DNA of 64,000 nucleotides from positions 136,209 through 200,208 of the forward strand of contig CAVPKK010000003.1 in NCBI GenBank assembly GCA_963705705.1. The letters are read 5' to 3'. A model generated the notes under the pieces. It was not told the origin of the DNA. It saw only the letters and a program-made list of their open reading frames with translations, and ran no database searches. This document shows, piece after piece, positions 19,094 through 28,603 of this stretch (its first letter is position 1; each line of letters opens with the position of its first letter). Both the position numbers and the translations under genes were made by a program. Origin of the DNA: an uncultured bacterium (lineage in GTDB: Bacteria > Babelota > Babeliae > Babelales > JABCYS01).

Positions 19094-19777
19094 CTATGCC
19101 TCGGCAAATTCACTACCCAATAAATATAATCCAAAGCTTTCGACTACCGCCGCATGATCATGTGGCGAGCGAATCTTTAAGTGACCGTTAAGGTTAATGA
19201 AATCCAAAATATTTGTCTTGGGTTGATCACTATCAGGTGCCGTGGTGCCATTTTGTTTAATGTAACGATATGCCTTAAGTAGGGCCATGGTCGGGGTCGT
19301 GATCTGCATGAGATTAAGCTCGGCTTGTATGGCAAGCAGTTGGTATTGCAATAAAACTGGCCGCGAAATGCCGCAACAATACCAAGGATTTTTGGGCACG
19401 CTCGGATTATCTTGCAAGCAATAATAATGCCACGACAAGAGATCGGGTTGTTCTTCAACCGGTTTAAGATCGGCTGAGGCCCGAGCCAACATTATCTGTT
19501 TTTCTATAAGCCCTTCACCTGATAATGCTATTACAATAGATGCATCATGCACGTCATGTAATTCCAAAAAGGTATTAATAAGCGATTGCATGCGGGTTGG
19601 ATTAAAAAGGGTCAAATCATTTTTTTCATGTGCTTCAAATAGCAGATGCTTATATGCCTTCAGGGCAAATGGCAAGGATGCATATGGTGTTGGCGCAATC
19701 CAACTACAGGTGATTGTTCGCGGTGTAATATTGATACCAATAATGGATTCATCAATGGCGGGAATTAAACCCAACAC
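19094..19777 (-). CDS. Hypothetical protein, possibly divergent truncated PilM-like
   Basis: Directly upstream of pilN-like gene; IIGINI start and PTMALLKAY resemble PilM segments; GTG start adjacent to the prmC stop. Confidence 0.4.
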   Translation of the reverse strand: MLGLIPAIDESIIGINITPRTITCSWIAPTPYASLPFALKAYKHLLFEAHEKNDLTLFNPTRMQSLINTFLELHDVHDASIVIALSGEGLIEKQIMLARASADLKPVEEQPDLLSWHYYCLQDNPSVPKNPWYCCGISRPVLLQYQLLAIQAELNLMQITTPTMALLKAYRYIKQNGTTAPDSDQPKTNILDFINLNGHLKIRSPHDHAAVVESFGLYLLGSEFAEA

Positions 19778-19778
19778 A

Positions 19779-20672
19779 TTATACTCTGTTAGCATAGATA
19801 ACACGGTCTTTACCCTCCAAGTCTTTTTTTATTGCAATATCGTTGTACCCATTGAGCTCGAGCCATCCTTTAATTGTTGGCCCTTGGTAATAATCCATCT
19901 CCAAAACTAGTTGGGGTAGCCGGACATCTGCGTGAGTTTTTAGCCAAAATTTAGTTTCTTCAATAATCCTGCGAATAATTGATAACCCATCATTGCCACC
20001 AACCAGCGCCCGTTGATCTTCCCAGTTCTTAACTGAATCATCCAGCCCAGCCCAGTCGCTTTCAGAAATATAGGGTGGATTAGAAACAATCAGATCAAAC
20101 ATCTCAGTTTTTGGGATACCATCAAACAAATCAGCTTCATATAACTTAACGTTATAAACGCTATTGTGAGTTATATTCTTTTTGATAAGCGCCAGAGCTT
20201 GTGGGTTTATATCTGTCGCTACAATTTCAAAGCTAGGAAACGCTTTGGCTAATGCGATCGCAATGCATCCAGTTCCAGCACATAAATCTAAAATACGAAA
20301 AGGCTCTTGGGGCGAGAGATGTTTTACTATGGGCTTGAGTAGGGTAATCAGATTGATAACCCATTCCTCTGTCTCTGGTCGCGGAATTAAAACTGGCGGC
20401 TCGCATAAAATATCAATATCATTGAACGGTGTAGAACCAATTAAATATTGAATTGGCTCCTTTTTATTCACATGCAAATCAAGCCATCGCTCTAATGTTT
20501 CTTGTTGCGCGGCCGTAAGCACGATCTCCCGTTGGGCGAGCAGCTGTGCTTCGCTTTTTTTCGTTATAGCTTCCAACATCCACCATGCATCTTGTGTACG
20601 CTCAACTGCATCGCGGTGCCGGTGGGTGAGCCGTTCAGTAATAGATCCTAATAATTCATCAATCTTTGGCAT
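19779..20672 (-). CDS. prmC: Release factor glutamine methyltransferase
   Basis: EPIQYLIG, LIPRPETE, DLCAGTGCIA, SNPPY. Confidence 0.93.
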   Translation of the reverse strand: MPKIDELLGSITERLTHRHRDAVERTQDAWWMLEAITKKSEAQLLAQREIVLTAAQQETLERWLDLHVNKKEPIQYLIGSTPFNDIDILCEPPVLIPRPETEEWVINLITLLKPIVKHLSPQEPFRILDLCAGTGCIAIALAKAFPSFEIVATDINPQALALIKKNITHNSVYNVKLYEADLFDGIPKTEMFDLIVSNPPYISESDWAGLDDSVKNWEDQRALVGGNDGLSIIRRIIEETKFWLKTHADVRLPQLVLEMDYYQGPTIKGWLELNGYNDIAIKKDLEGKDRVIYANRV

Positions 20673-20881
20673 CGGTTTCCTTTCATCAAGGAGCTCGTTT
20701 GTTTCTCTAGTGTAGTGACAAACCATGAACTGGATAAAGAGATTATGGCTTCGTCCATATTTTATTGAGTCTCTGCCGCATTATTACTAGGCATTCGGTA
20801 CCGCCAATTGCAAGGGATAGCTGCCTATGTTAGTTTTACCGGACCTTTTTAAAAAATATGAAAGCGTCAGAGGTCACAAGC

Positions 20882-23197
20882 GTGAAGCTATCCTTGCGAT
20901 GGATTTTCGATCACATATCCGATGCCAATTGGATGGATATAAATCCTAAAGAACTATCCCGACAATTAACGGCCACTACAGTAGAAATAGAACGCGTTTT
21001 GCCAATCCGCATCAATCTGGATGCATTATCTATTGGCCAAGTAATAGAGCATAGCGCCGAAAAAGTGACCGTGTTCTCAACCGAATGGAATAAAAACTTT
21101 GAATTTCAATCGCGGCCGGTAAATACAGGCGATCAATATTTAATCACCAAAAATGGCTGGGCAACCTACCCTGAGGTAACCGGCATTTCAGATTCCAAAT
21201 TTGGCAGCCAGTTCTTTCCAACAATCTATGTGACCGATGATGAGCTACCAGGTGAGTGGAAGAAAAAATTCGAGCATGAAGATTATCTGATCTCAATCGA
21301 TAACAATGCAATAACCCACCGTGGCGATCTCTGGAGCCATCGTGGATTTGCCCGCGAAGTTGCTGCAACCTTTGGCCTTAAGTTCAAAGATATCAATCAT
21401 TTAATTACTGTTTTGCCCATAGAAGAAGATCTGCAAGAAGCTACAGCCACACCAGCGCGGCCATTTTCATTTGAAATCGGTAGCAAGAATGTAAAAAGAT
21501 TTGCCGGGCTATATGTACCACATATCGAACTAGCGCCTTCCTTATTACCTATTGCGCATCGCCTTGCGCGAATTGATGGACGCCCGATTGATGCAATTGT
21601 GGATGCGACCAACTATGTGATGTTTGATATCGGGCAACCAATGCATGCCTTTGATGCCCAAAAGATCAAAACCAAAAAGATTCTGGCGACCGAAGCGACC
21701 GGCAACGAAAAGCTAACCTTGCTCGATAGCTCCTCAATCGATTTGATTCCCGGCGACATTGTTATTTCCGATGGGCGCACGCCACTTGGCCTTGCCGGTA
21801 TTATGGGCGGCGCGAATTCTGGCATCGATGGTAATTCTCAGACGGTTGTTCTTGAAGCGGCATGCTTCGATTCAACGGCAATTCGAAATACGGCAGCTCG
21901 CGTTAAAATTCGAAGCGAGGCTTCAGTACGATTTGAGAAGGGCGTTGACCCTAATTTGAATGTTTATGCTATACAGCGGTTTGTACATTTATTTGAAGAA
22001 TCGCCGCTAAGTATCAAACTGTCTGGCGCTATGATTTGCTTGGGCAAGCCAATTAAGCCACCAGTAATAGAATTGGCTCACGCACATATTGAAGCGAAAA
22101 TTGGTATTCAGATCACCAAGGAACGAGTAGAACAGATTCTAACGCGATTGGGATTTGAGGTCCGCACTGATCGTGGATTATATAGCGTCACCATTCCTTC
22201 CTGGCGATTGAGAGATATTGCCATTGCCGAAGATCTTGTTGAGGAGATTGCGCGATTTTATGGCTACAGCAATATCACACCAGTATTGCCGGCCATTGCC
22301 ACAGCGCCGCATGATGTGTCGGAAAAATTAAAAAAACGTATTGTAAAACGTCATTTATCATTTTCGTATGGCATGCATGAACTACGCAATTATGCATTAT
22401 ATGATACTGAATTCTTGCATAAAATTGGGTGGCAGCCATCAGCCGAACAACAAATTGCACTCAAAAACCCGGTTTCTGAACATTGGCAATGGTTAGTTAC
22501 TTCCTTAGTACCTGGGTTGCTTAAAGCTGCGATGCATAATGAGCATACCGAAGATCGGCTACGTTTTTATGAGCTCAATAAAACATGGTCAAAGTCACCG
22601 ACATTACAAGAGCGAAGGACCGTTGCTTGTCTTATCTACGACCGACACAAAAAATTTGAATTTTACGAGCTCAAGAAACTGCTAACCGAGCTTTTCCATA
22701 AATTAGATGTCACGGCCGAATGGGCGCGCGCACATGAATCTGATTACCCATTCCCGTGGAAGCACAAATACCAGACCGCACAGCTGACCAGCGAGGGTAA
22801 ACTGCTTGGCTATGCTGGCAAGGTGGATATTGGTTTTTTAAATCATCTTTTGCCCGGTGATGCAGCATTCTTTGAGCTTGATTTATCATTGCTCGTAGCA
22901 CCTTCTGTAGTAACAAAGCGTATGCAGCCACTGCCAAAATATCCTACGGTGCGGCATGATATAAGCATGTTTGTGCCTGCTTCGATTAACGTGGCTCATC
23001 TTGAAAATACTATTCGGCACGTTGATGCTCGGATTGTAGATGTATCATTAATAGATATGTTTGAAAAAGATAAAAAAGCGCTCACCTTTAGATATGTGAT
23101 ACAAGATCAAACCAAAACATTGGAAAAAGAAGAAATTGAATCTATTTCTAATAAGGTGCAAGACGCAGTTAAAAAATTAGGCGTTGAAATAAGGTAG
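20882..23197 (+). CDS. pheT: Phenylalanyl-tRNA synthetase beta subunit
   Basis: HRGDLWSHRGFARE, IVDATNYVM..GQPMHAFD, SEASVRFEKG, DLVEEIAR.YGY, C-terminal FDX-ACB domain. Confidence 0.93.
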   Translation: MKLSLRWIFDHISDANWMDINPKELSRQLTATTVEIERVLPIRINLDALSIGQVIEHSAEKVTVFSTEWNKNFEFQSRPVNTGDQYLITKNGWATYPEVTGISDSKFGSQFFPTIYVTDDELPGEWKKKFEHEDYLISIDNNAITHRGDLWSHRGFAREVAATFGLKFKDINHLITVLPIEEDLQEATATPARPFSFEIGSKNVKRFAGLYVPHIELAPSLLPIAHRLARIDGRPIDAIVDATNYVMFDIGQPMHAFDAQKIKTKKILATEATGNEKLTLLDSSSIDLIPGDIVISDGRTPLGLAGIMGGANSGIDGNSQTVVLEAACFDSTAIRNTAARVKIRSEASVRFEKGVDPNLNVYAIQRFVHLFEESPLSIKLSGAMICLGKPIKPPVIELAHAHIEAKIGIQITKERVEQILTRLGFEVRTDRGLYSVTIPSWRLRDIAIAEDLVEEIARFYGYSNITPVLPAIATAPHDVSEKLKKRIVKRHLSFSYGMHELRNYALYDTEFLHKIGWQPSAEQQIALKNPVSEHWQWLVTSLVPGLLKAAMHNEHTEDRLRFYELNKTWSKSPTLQERRTVACLIYDRHKKFEFYELKKLLTELFHKLDVTAEWARAHESDYPFPWKHKYQTAQLTSEGKLLGYAGKVDIGFLNHLLPGDAAFFELDLSLLVAPSVVTKRMQPLPKYPTVRHDISMFVPASINVAHLENTIRHVDARIVDVSLIDMFEKDKKALTFRYVIQDQTKTLEKEEIESISNKVQDAVKKLGVEIR

Positions 23198-23202
23198 TTC
23201 AT

Positions 23203-23676
23203 ATGAATACGCGTCACAAAGCAGAAATGGGTGGTTATGCCCTGCTCGGTATGTTGGTTATTATCATTGATCGCCTTACCAAAACATGGGTGCTCGATAA
23301 ACTCCATGGTATTAGACACATAACAGATTATCTTTCATTTGAATTTGTACTTAACCGTGGCATTTCCTGGGGCATGTTTAGCAGCGATAGTGAAGCGACT
23401 GTCTTGATGATTACATTGGCAGTAATCGGCCTTATATTATTTCTCGCTACATTTGCTTGGCAACGTTTTAAAAAAGATCACCTCATTCTTGGCGAAGTAA
23501 TTATTCTAGCAAGCGCACTCTCAAACCTAGTTGATCGATTTCTGTATCGCGGCGTGGTCGATTTCATTGTTTTCTCCTATAAAGGATGGTCATTTCCTGC
23601 CTTTAACGTCGCCGATACGTGTATTGTAATCGGTGTTTGCATGATGTTTATTTCTGTCTCCATACATCCCGATTAG
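23203..23676 (+). CDS. lspA: Lipoprotein signal peptidase
   Basis: DRLTK, NRGISWG, SNLVDR, VVDF, FNVAD. Confidence 0.93.
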   Translation: MNTRHKAEMGGYALLGMLVIIIDRLTKTWVLDKLHGIRHITDYLSFEFVLNRGISWGMFSSDSEATVLMITLAVIGLILFLATFAWQRFKKDHLILGEVIILASALSNLVDRFLYRGVVDFIVFSYKGWSFPAFNVADTCIVIGVCMMFISVSIHPD

Positions 23677-23685
23677 GGAATATCT

Positions 23686-24123
23686 ATGCAAAAAACATAT
23701 CGTTTAGTAAGCACCTTTGGCCCTATCGGATATCTTCCTGGATCAGGATCCATTGCTTCTTTCCTAACCCTTCCGCTCGTCATCCTTTTAGCCCAAGCAG
23801 GATGGGTGGCATATAGTGTGGTTACCTTAATCTTAACGGTGATTGCCTTTGCGATTTGCAAACGTGCATTGCTTTCTTTTAAGTCGCTCGATCCATCAGA
23901 AATTGTTATCGATGAAGTAATTGGATGCCTATTTGCCTTTATGGGCTTGCCACTACATATAATTAGCCTCGCGCTCGGCTTCGTTTTTTTCCGGATATTC
24001 GATATTTTCAAAATCGTAGGAATTGCACGCCTTGAAAAACGCCCAGGTGCATGGGGCATCATGCTCGATGATATCGCTGCTGGCATTTTAGCAAATATTG
24101 TTGTGCGCATTATGACCGTCTAA
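23686..24123 (+). CDS. pgpA: Phosphatidylglycerophosphatase A
   Basis: DPSEIVIDEVIG, FRIFDIFK, GIMLDDIAAG. Confidence 0.93.
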   Translation: MQKTYRLVSTFGPIGYLPGSGSIASFLTLPLVILLAQAGWVAYSVVTLILTVIAFAICKRALLSFKSLDPSEIVIDEVIGCLFAFMGLPLHIISLALGFVFFRIFDIFKIVGIARLEKRPGAWGIMLDDIAAGILANIVVRIMTV

Positions 24124-24124
24124 T

Positions 24125-24787
24125 ATGCTCAAAAAGCTTTGGCACCAATCAGTAAATTTAATCTATCCATCATATTGTTATTATTGCCTGCTTTATGTAG
24201 ATGCCAATAAGCCGTTGTGCGCTGCATGCATGGCGCTCATCAAACCGGTTGTTTCTGTTTCGCTATCTCTGGGCAAGCAAAAAATTACCGTTTATGCTGC
24301 TGGCGCATATGATGATCCCTTACGGCAATTAATAATGGCAAAATTACATCGACAAGCCGTGGCGGCGCGTCAGATGGCATTCATTTTGTGGGAATTAGTG
24401 CTCAAAGAAAAAATGGACGAATTTGATAATGCCGTGATCACATTTATCCCACTGCATTGGACACGATTTGCTTGGCGCGGTTACAACCAAGCAGAATTTA
24501 TTGCCCAGGAATTATCAAAATTAAGCGGTTTGCCCATAGTTTACGCGCTCAAGCGCATCAAGGCTGCCGGCTCTCAAACGAAAGTTAGCGGTTTTGAGCG
24601 GTCTGCCAATGTGCGTGATGCATTTGTTCTGAATAAAAATGTAGCAATTAAACCAGGAACCAAACTACTACTCGTCGACGATCTTATGACCACGGGTGCT
24701 ACGTTGATTGAAGCCGGCACTGTGTTGAAACAGTTAAAACCTGCGAGTATTGATGCCTTGGTGGTTGCTCGAGCATTAAGTAGTTGA
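24125..24787 (+). CDS. comF: ComF family protein
   Basis: CxxC...CxxC, IPLH...RGYNQ, LLVDDLMTTGATL. Confidence 0.88.
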   Translation: MLKKLWHQSVNLIYPSYCYYCLLYVDANKPLCAACMALIKPVVSVSLSLGKQKITVYAAGAYDDPLRQLIMAKLHRQAVAARQMAFILWELVLKEKMDEFDNAVITFIPLHWTRFAWRGYNQAEFIAQELSKLSGLPIVYALKRIKAAGSQTKVSGFERSANVRDAFVLNKNVAIKPGTKLLLVDDLMTTGATLIEAGTVLKQLKPASIDALVVARALSS

Positions 24788-24860
24788 TATTGAAAATTTA
24801 ACGTGGGCTTGCTACTCTGCTCCGCGTTTCATTACAAATTTTTACAAAAGGAACAGGACT

Positions 24861-25853
24861 ATGCAAAAGAATCTTACCCTCGGTATCATGGTAGCTTCAT
24901 TATTAATGTTTGCTGCATGCGATATGGGTAGCAAGAAAGCTGATAGTGCCTCAGCAGCAAAAGAAGGTTCTGCACCAAGTGGTGAGGTGTTAGTGACCAT
25001 TGGCGGCAAGCCAGCTATCACCGTCAAAGAGTTTGATGAATACTATGAGCAAATGTTAGAACAACAGCCTCAGCTGAAATCATTTGCACAGTTTATGCCT
25101 GATCTGAAGCAAAATGTATTCAACTCAATGGTCGGTCAAAAATTAATTGAGCATTGGGCTGAAGAGAAGAAGATTGATCAAATGAAGGATTATCAAACAG
25201 ATTACGACAGTGCGCTCGAAAATATTAAGCGTGCTCTTGCATTCAAATATTTCCAATTGGAGCACCCGGTTAACGTTTCTGATGCAGAAGTTAAAAAGTT
25301 CTACGATGAACACAAAGATACCATGTATGCTCAGGCTGCAGCTGGTGTAAGCGCAATTGGCGTATCATTTGATAACGAAGCTAAAGCACGTGCATTCTTG
25401 GTTAAAGCTCAGGCACCAAAGGCCGATATCACTAAGCTTGCGCAAGCAGAAAATCTAGCTGCACGCAACTTTGGCCGCGTAAATGCTACCAGCCATCACG
25501 TTGATAAAGCGCTCCTTGATAAAATCTTGGCTATTAATAGATTCCCATCTGTTCAGCTGGTAAAAGTAAACAATACCTGGTGGGTGATCGAAGCTAAGAA
25601 CAAAGAAGAAGCTAAATACTTCCCGTTTGATCAAGCAAAAGAAGACGCACGTCAAAAATTGCAAAATAAACAAATGGGCGAAATGTTTGAAAAAGAGATT
25701 GCCAAGCTTAAAGCTGAGTATGGCGTAGTTGAAAACAAGTCTTTCTTTGAAAAGAAAGAAGAGGCTAAGACTGAAACTGCTGCTGTTACCCAACCTGCAG
25801 AAGCTCAAGAAGCTGAAGCAGCACAACCGGTGGCCAAGCCAGCCGTTGCATAA
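24861..25853 (+). CDS. PrsA/PpiD-like lipoprotein foldase (degenerate parvulin)
   Basis: Lipobox FAAC, VSDAEVKKFYDEHK, FDQAKEDARQKL. Confidence 0.7.
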   Translation: MQKNLTLGIMVASLLMFAACDMGSKKADSASAAKEGSAPSGEVLVTIGGKPAITVKEFDEYYEQMLEQQPQLKSFAQFMPDLKQNVFNSMVGQKLIEHWAEEKKIDQMKDYQTDYDSALENIKRALAFKYFQLEHPVNVSDAEVKKFYDEHKDTMYAQAAAGVSAIGVSFDNEAKARAFLVKAQAPKADITKLAQAENLAARNFGRVNATSHHVDKALLDKILAINRFPSVQLVKVNNTWWVIEAKNKEEAKYFPFDQAKEDARQKLQNKQMGEMFEKEIAKLKAEYGVVENKSFFEKKEEAKTETAAVTQPAEAQEAEAAQPVAKPAVA

Positions 25854-25880
25854 TTGCATAATCTTTCCGTACGTTTGTAC

Positions 25881-25920
25881 AAAAAGAGGGGCACTCGAGC
25901 AATCGGGTGCCTTTTCTTTT
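25881..25920 (+). terminator. Rho-independent terminator
   Basis: GGCACTCGA-GCAA-TCGGGTGCC stem followed by TTTTCTTT. Confidence 0.7.
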
Positions 25921-25978
25921 GGCCATACAAGAATATTTGATACAATATGCGGAACATCTATTACAAGGAATTGCTGCC

Positions 25979-26959
25979 ATGTTTATACATATTTTGCTTG
26001 TTCTCCCATTTATTGTATCGCAGCTTGCTGCTGCTCCTCCCTCTGCGAAGCCACAAGAGCTAGCTAAATCCAAGGAAGAAAAATTAGCTGCCTCAGGCTC
26101 ATCGCAAAAAAATGATACGTCTGTATCACGCAGCGTTTCTGAACCAAAAATTGCCGAGCGAAAACCAGAAAAAAAATCCATAATGTTTGACCGTATCGAA
26201 GCCGTCATCTATGGGCCAGAGGTTACTGAGATCGTAACTAGATCAGATGTTATGCGAAGCCTTGATGGCCGAACGCAAACACTGGATGAAGTGATCTTCC
26301 AGCGGCTGATGGTGCAGGATGCCTTAAAGATGCGGATTATGACGGATGAAAGTGCCGTTGATGATTATATTCTCAAGGTAGCCAAGAGTTATGGTGGCAC
26401 CTTGGACGACATTAACCAGATGTTTGAGCAGGCAGGATTTACCCCTATGGAAGGCCGCCGCCGTTTTGCTGAACTATATGCCATCCAGCAGCTTCGTGAA
26501 TATAAAATTTTGAGCCGTGTCTTCGTCCCAGAAAAAGAGGTGATTGCCTATTACGAGGCAAATCCGGTGGTAAAGACAGCTTCATATGTTATTGAACGAG
26601 CCGTGGTTCAGACGCCAGCGGCGCGGCAGGAAGAAACCCGTAAGAAACTAGATACCTACATAAAAACAGGCCAAGGTATGCTTATTGGCTGGACTCAATT
26701 GCCTGAAATATTCGAAACCGATTTGGCAGCTGATAAACAATTTATTACCAAGCTTGAACTAGGACAGGTTGCTGAACCTATTGAATTTCCCGGCGGATTT
26801 GAGCTTTTTCGATTAAAGGCAAAAACTTCTGCTCATGTGGAACCACTTGAAGATCGATATCGTGAAATTGTTGATGTTCTACGCCGCCCTAAGGCCGATC
26901 AATTATTTGAAGAATATAAAAAAGAACTCTGGGCAAATGCTTCAATTCTCTATTTTTAG
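25979..26959 (+). CDS. SurA-like periplasmic chaperone
   Basis: Signal peptide, DRIEAVI, EKEVIAYYEAN, LELGQVAEPIEFPGGFELF. Confidence 0.7.
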   Translation: MFIHILLVLPFIVSQLAAAPPSAKPQELAKSKEEKLAASGSSQKNDTSVSRSVSEPKIAERKPEKKSIMFDRIEAVIYGPEVTEIVTRSDVMRSLDGRTQTLDEVIFQRLMVQDALKMRIMTDESAVDDYILKVAKSYGGTLDDINQMFEQAGFTPMEGRRRFAELYAIQQLREYKILSRVFVPEKEVIAYYEANPVVKTASYVIERAVVQTPAARQEETRKKLDTYIKTGQGMLIGWTQLPEIFETDLAADKQFITKLELGQVAEPIEFPGGFELFRLKAKTSAHVEPLEDRYREIVDVLRRPKADQLFEEYKKELWANASILYF

Positions 26960-27147
26960 TTCTTTATATTTAGCTTTTTTTAGATAACGCGCTTGTCCGA
27001 CAAGTCTTGCCATGCTTTTTTCAAAATCTTACATTGCAGAAGAAATTGCGCTCATCTGGAGCGTTATTAAAAAATAGTCAGTTCAATAAAAAAATCTGAA
27101 TCGATTAAAAGCGAGCTTACTCCAAAAAACCGGATACAGATGTTCTG

Positions 27148-28383
27148 CTAATTATCGGTATTGGTTAATTCTGCTTCTAAATCCAAAGCTTTCTGAACAA
27201 GCAGATCTTTTTGAGTTGCCAAATCTGGCTTAGTTTCAAAATAATTGCCAAGAAGCGTTGCTAAATCCATATTCACATGGGCCAAGGCGCGGCGTTCACG
27301 TTGCACATGGTGCCTGATAGGAATAATACCAACTAAATGTTGCACGCCGGCACAAGCTCGTTCAATGGCGCCAAGATCTACTAAGTCACGTATGTTTGCT
27401 GGTACGTGGTATAAAAGTTTAACTACGGCACCTTCGAGATCTTGCTCTTTAAGCCGTTGTACAATCTGATCGGTTTGCGATCGTTGGGCGTCCAATTCAA
27501 CCTCAATTTGGATGAATGGCCGCATTGGCGTTGGCATGAATTCATAAGATGTGGTGCGGGATGTTTCCCCATTTATTGACACAAAGCAAAAACCCTTATC
27601 TTCTTTTCTTTCGCCAAAATCGACTCGCTCGATTGAGCCGGCATAAACTAACGGAATTTTGCCATTCAAGTTCAAATTTTGATGCCGATGTAAATGCCCC
27701 AGCGCAACATAGTCGAATGGTTCAATTGCTAATTGCGATGGCATTAATACTGGATCATTGCCGTAAATGGCCCGTTTCTCGGAGCCAGAAAAGATACCAG
27801 AGCTTACCGTTAAATGGCCGGTCAAAATCGCCGGGATTGAAGGATCTAATTTTTGTGCAAATTCCTGCACGATGATATTGACTGCTTGTGAAAGTTGTTG
27901 TGTAAGCTCGGCAGTAGATTGCTGGTGGCCCGCTAATGCTATGGTTGCGCGAGTTGGCCAAGGAATGCCAACAATTTGTATTGGGCCATTTTTAGTTTCA
28001 AGAACAATACTGTCTGGTTTTGAAAAGAGATAAAATCCACGAACCGGAAGATCGCCAAAGACTGAAAGTGCGTGTGCTTTGCCAAAACTAATTGGTTTAT
28101 CATGGTTGCCAACCACGATGACAACTGGAATGCCAGCTGCATATAGTCGCAATAAACAACGCATAAGCAAACGTTGATGTGTGGGACTAGGAACTGCTGT
28201 TTTGTAGGCGTCGCCGGCGAGTAAAAAGAAATCTACGTTGCGTTCAATGGCTACGTCGATGGCGTAATTCATTGCGCGATCGAAATCGAGTAGGCGTGTG
28301 TGCATGCCAGTAGCAGGATCTATTCTGCCGTAGTTCTCTATGCCGAAGTGGACGTCTGCTGTATGAACGAATGTGATAGGCAT
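27148..28383 (-). CDS. sbcD: SbcD/Mre11-family nuclease subunit
   Basis: HTADVHFG, AGDAY, GNHD, YVALGHLH, YAGSIERVDFGE. Confidence 0.9.
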   Translation of the reverse strand: MPITFVHTADVHFGIENYGRIDPATGMHTRLLDFDRAMNYAIDVAIERNVDFFLLAGDAYKTAVPSPTHQRLLMRCLLRLYAAGIPVVIVVGNHDKPISFGKAHALSVFGDLPVRGFYLFSKPDSIVLETKNGPIQIVGIPWPTRATIALAGHQQSTAELTQQLSQAVNIIVQEFAQKLDPSIPAILTGHLTVSSGIFSGSEKRAIYGNDPVLMPSQLAIEPFDYVALGHLHRHQNLNLNGKIPLVYAGSIERVDFGERKEDKGFCFVSINGETSRTTSYEFMPTPMRPFIQIEVELDAQRSQTDQIVQRLKEQDLEGAVVKLLYHVPANIRDLVDLGAIERACAGVQHLVGIIPIRHHVQRERRALAHVNMDLATLLGNYFETKPDLATQKDLLVQKALDLEAELTNTDN

Positions 28384-28438
28384 AGCGATTTTCTGTTTAC
28401 TTGGTCTGATTAAATACGAGTCAGCACATATCATTTTT

Positions 28439-28550
28439 CGCGCTACGATCCTACGATCCTTCGATAAACTCAGGAGTAAACTCTTCGACTCGAAAGTTAT
28501 CGATCGAAGGACTACAGGCTGAGCCTCGTCGAAGCCTCAGGATGAGCGCG
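28439..28550 (+). repeat. Composite repeat D (long form)
   Basis: Near-identical to 44668-44770: GATCCTTCGATAAACTCAGGAGTAAACTCTTCGACTCGAAAG...GAGCCTCGTCGAAGCCTCAGGATGAGCGCG. Confidence 0.9.
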
Positions 28551-28603
28551 GGGTAAGCGATTTGACCAAGGAGAAGAAAGAATAAGTAAAAATTAATTTA
28601 AGC

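Noticed and set aside
23673..24110. 145-aa minus-strand ORF and similar antisense ORFs throughout
   Set aside because: They are shadows of well-supported genes such as pgpA on the opposite strand
26985..27070. Possible degenerate D repeat (GCGCTCATC, CTTGTCCGACAAG)
   Set aside because: Match too short to distinguish from chance or a terminator
12953..28383. Defence system built from the PLD nuclease or orphan sbcD
   Set aside because: The PLD has a signal peptide and neither gene has helicase, methylase or ATPase partners nearby; sbcC may lie elsewhere
28439..28550. CRISPR array suggested by ~35-bp palindromic repeats
   Set aside because: Copies are dispersed or nested, not regularly spaced with unique spacers; no cas genes seen
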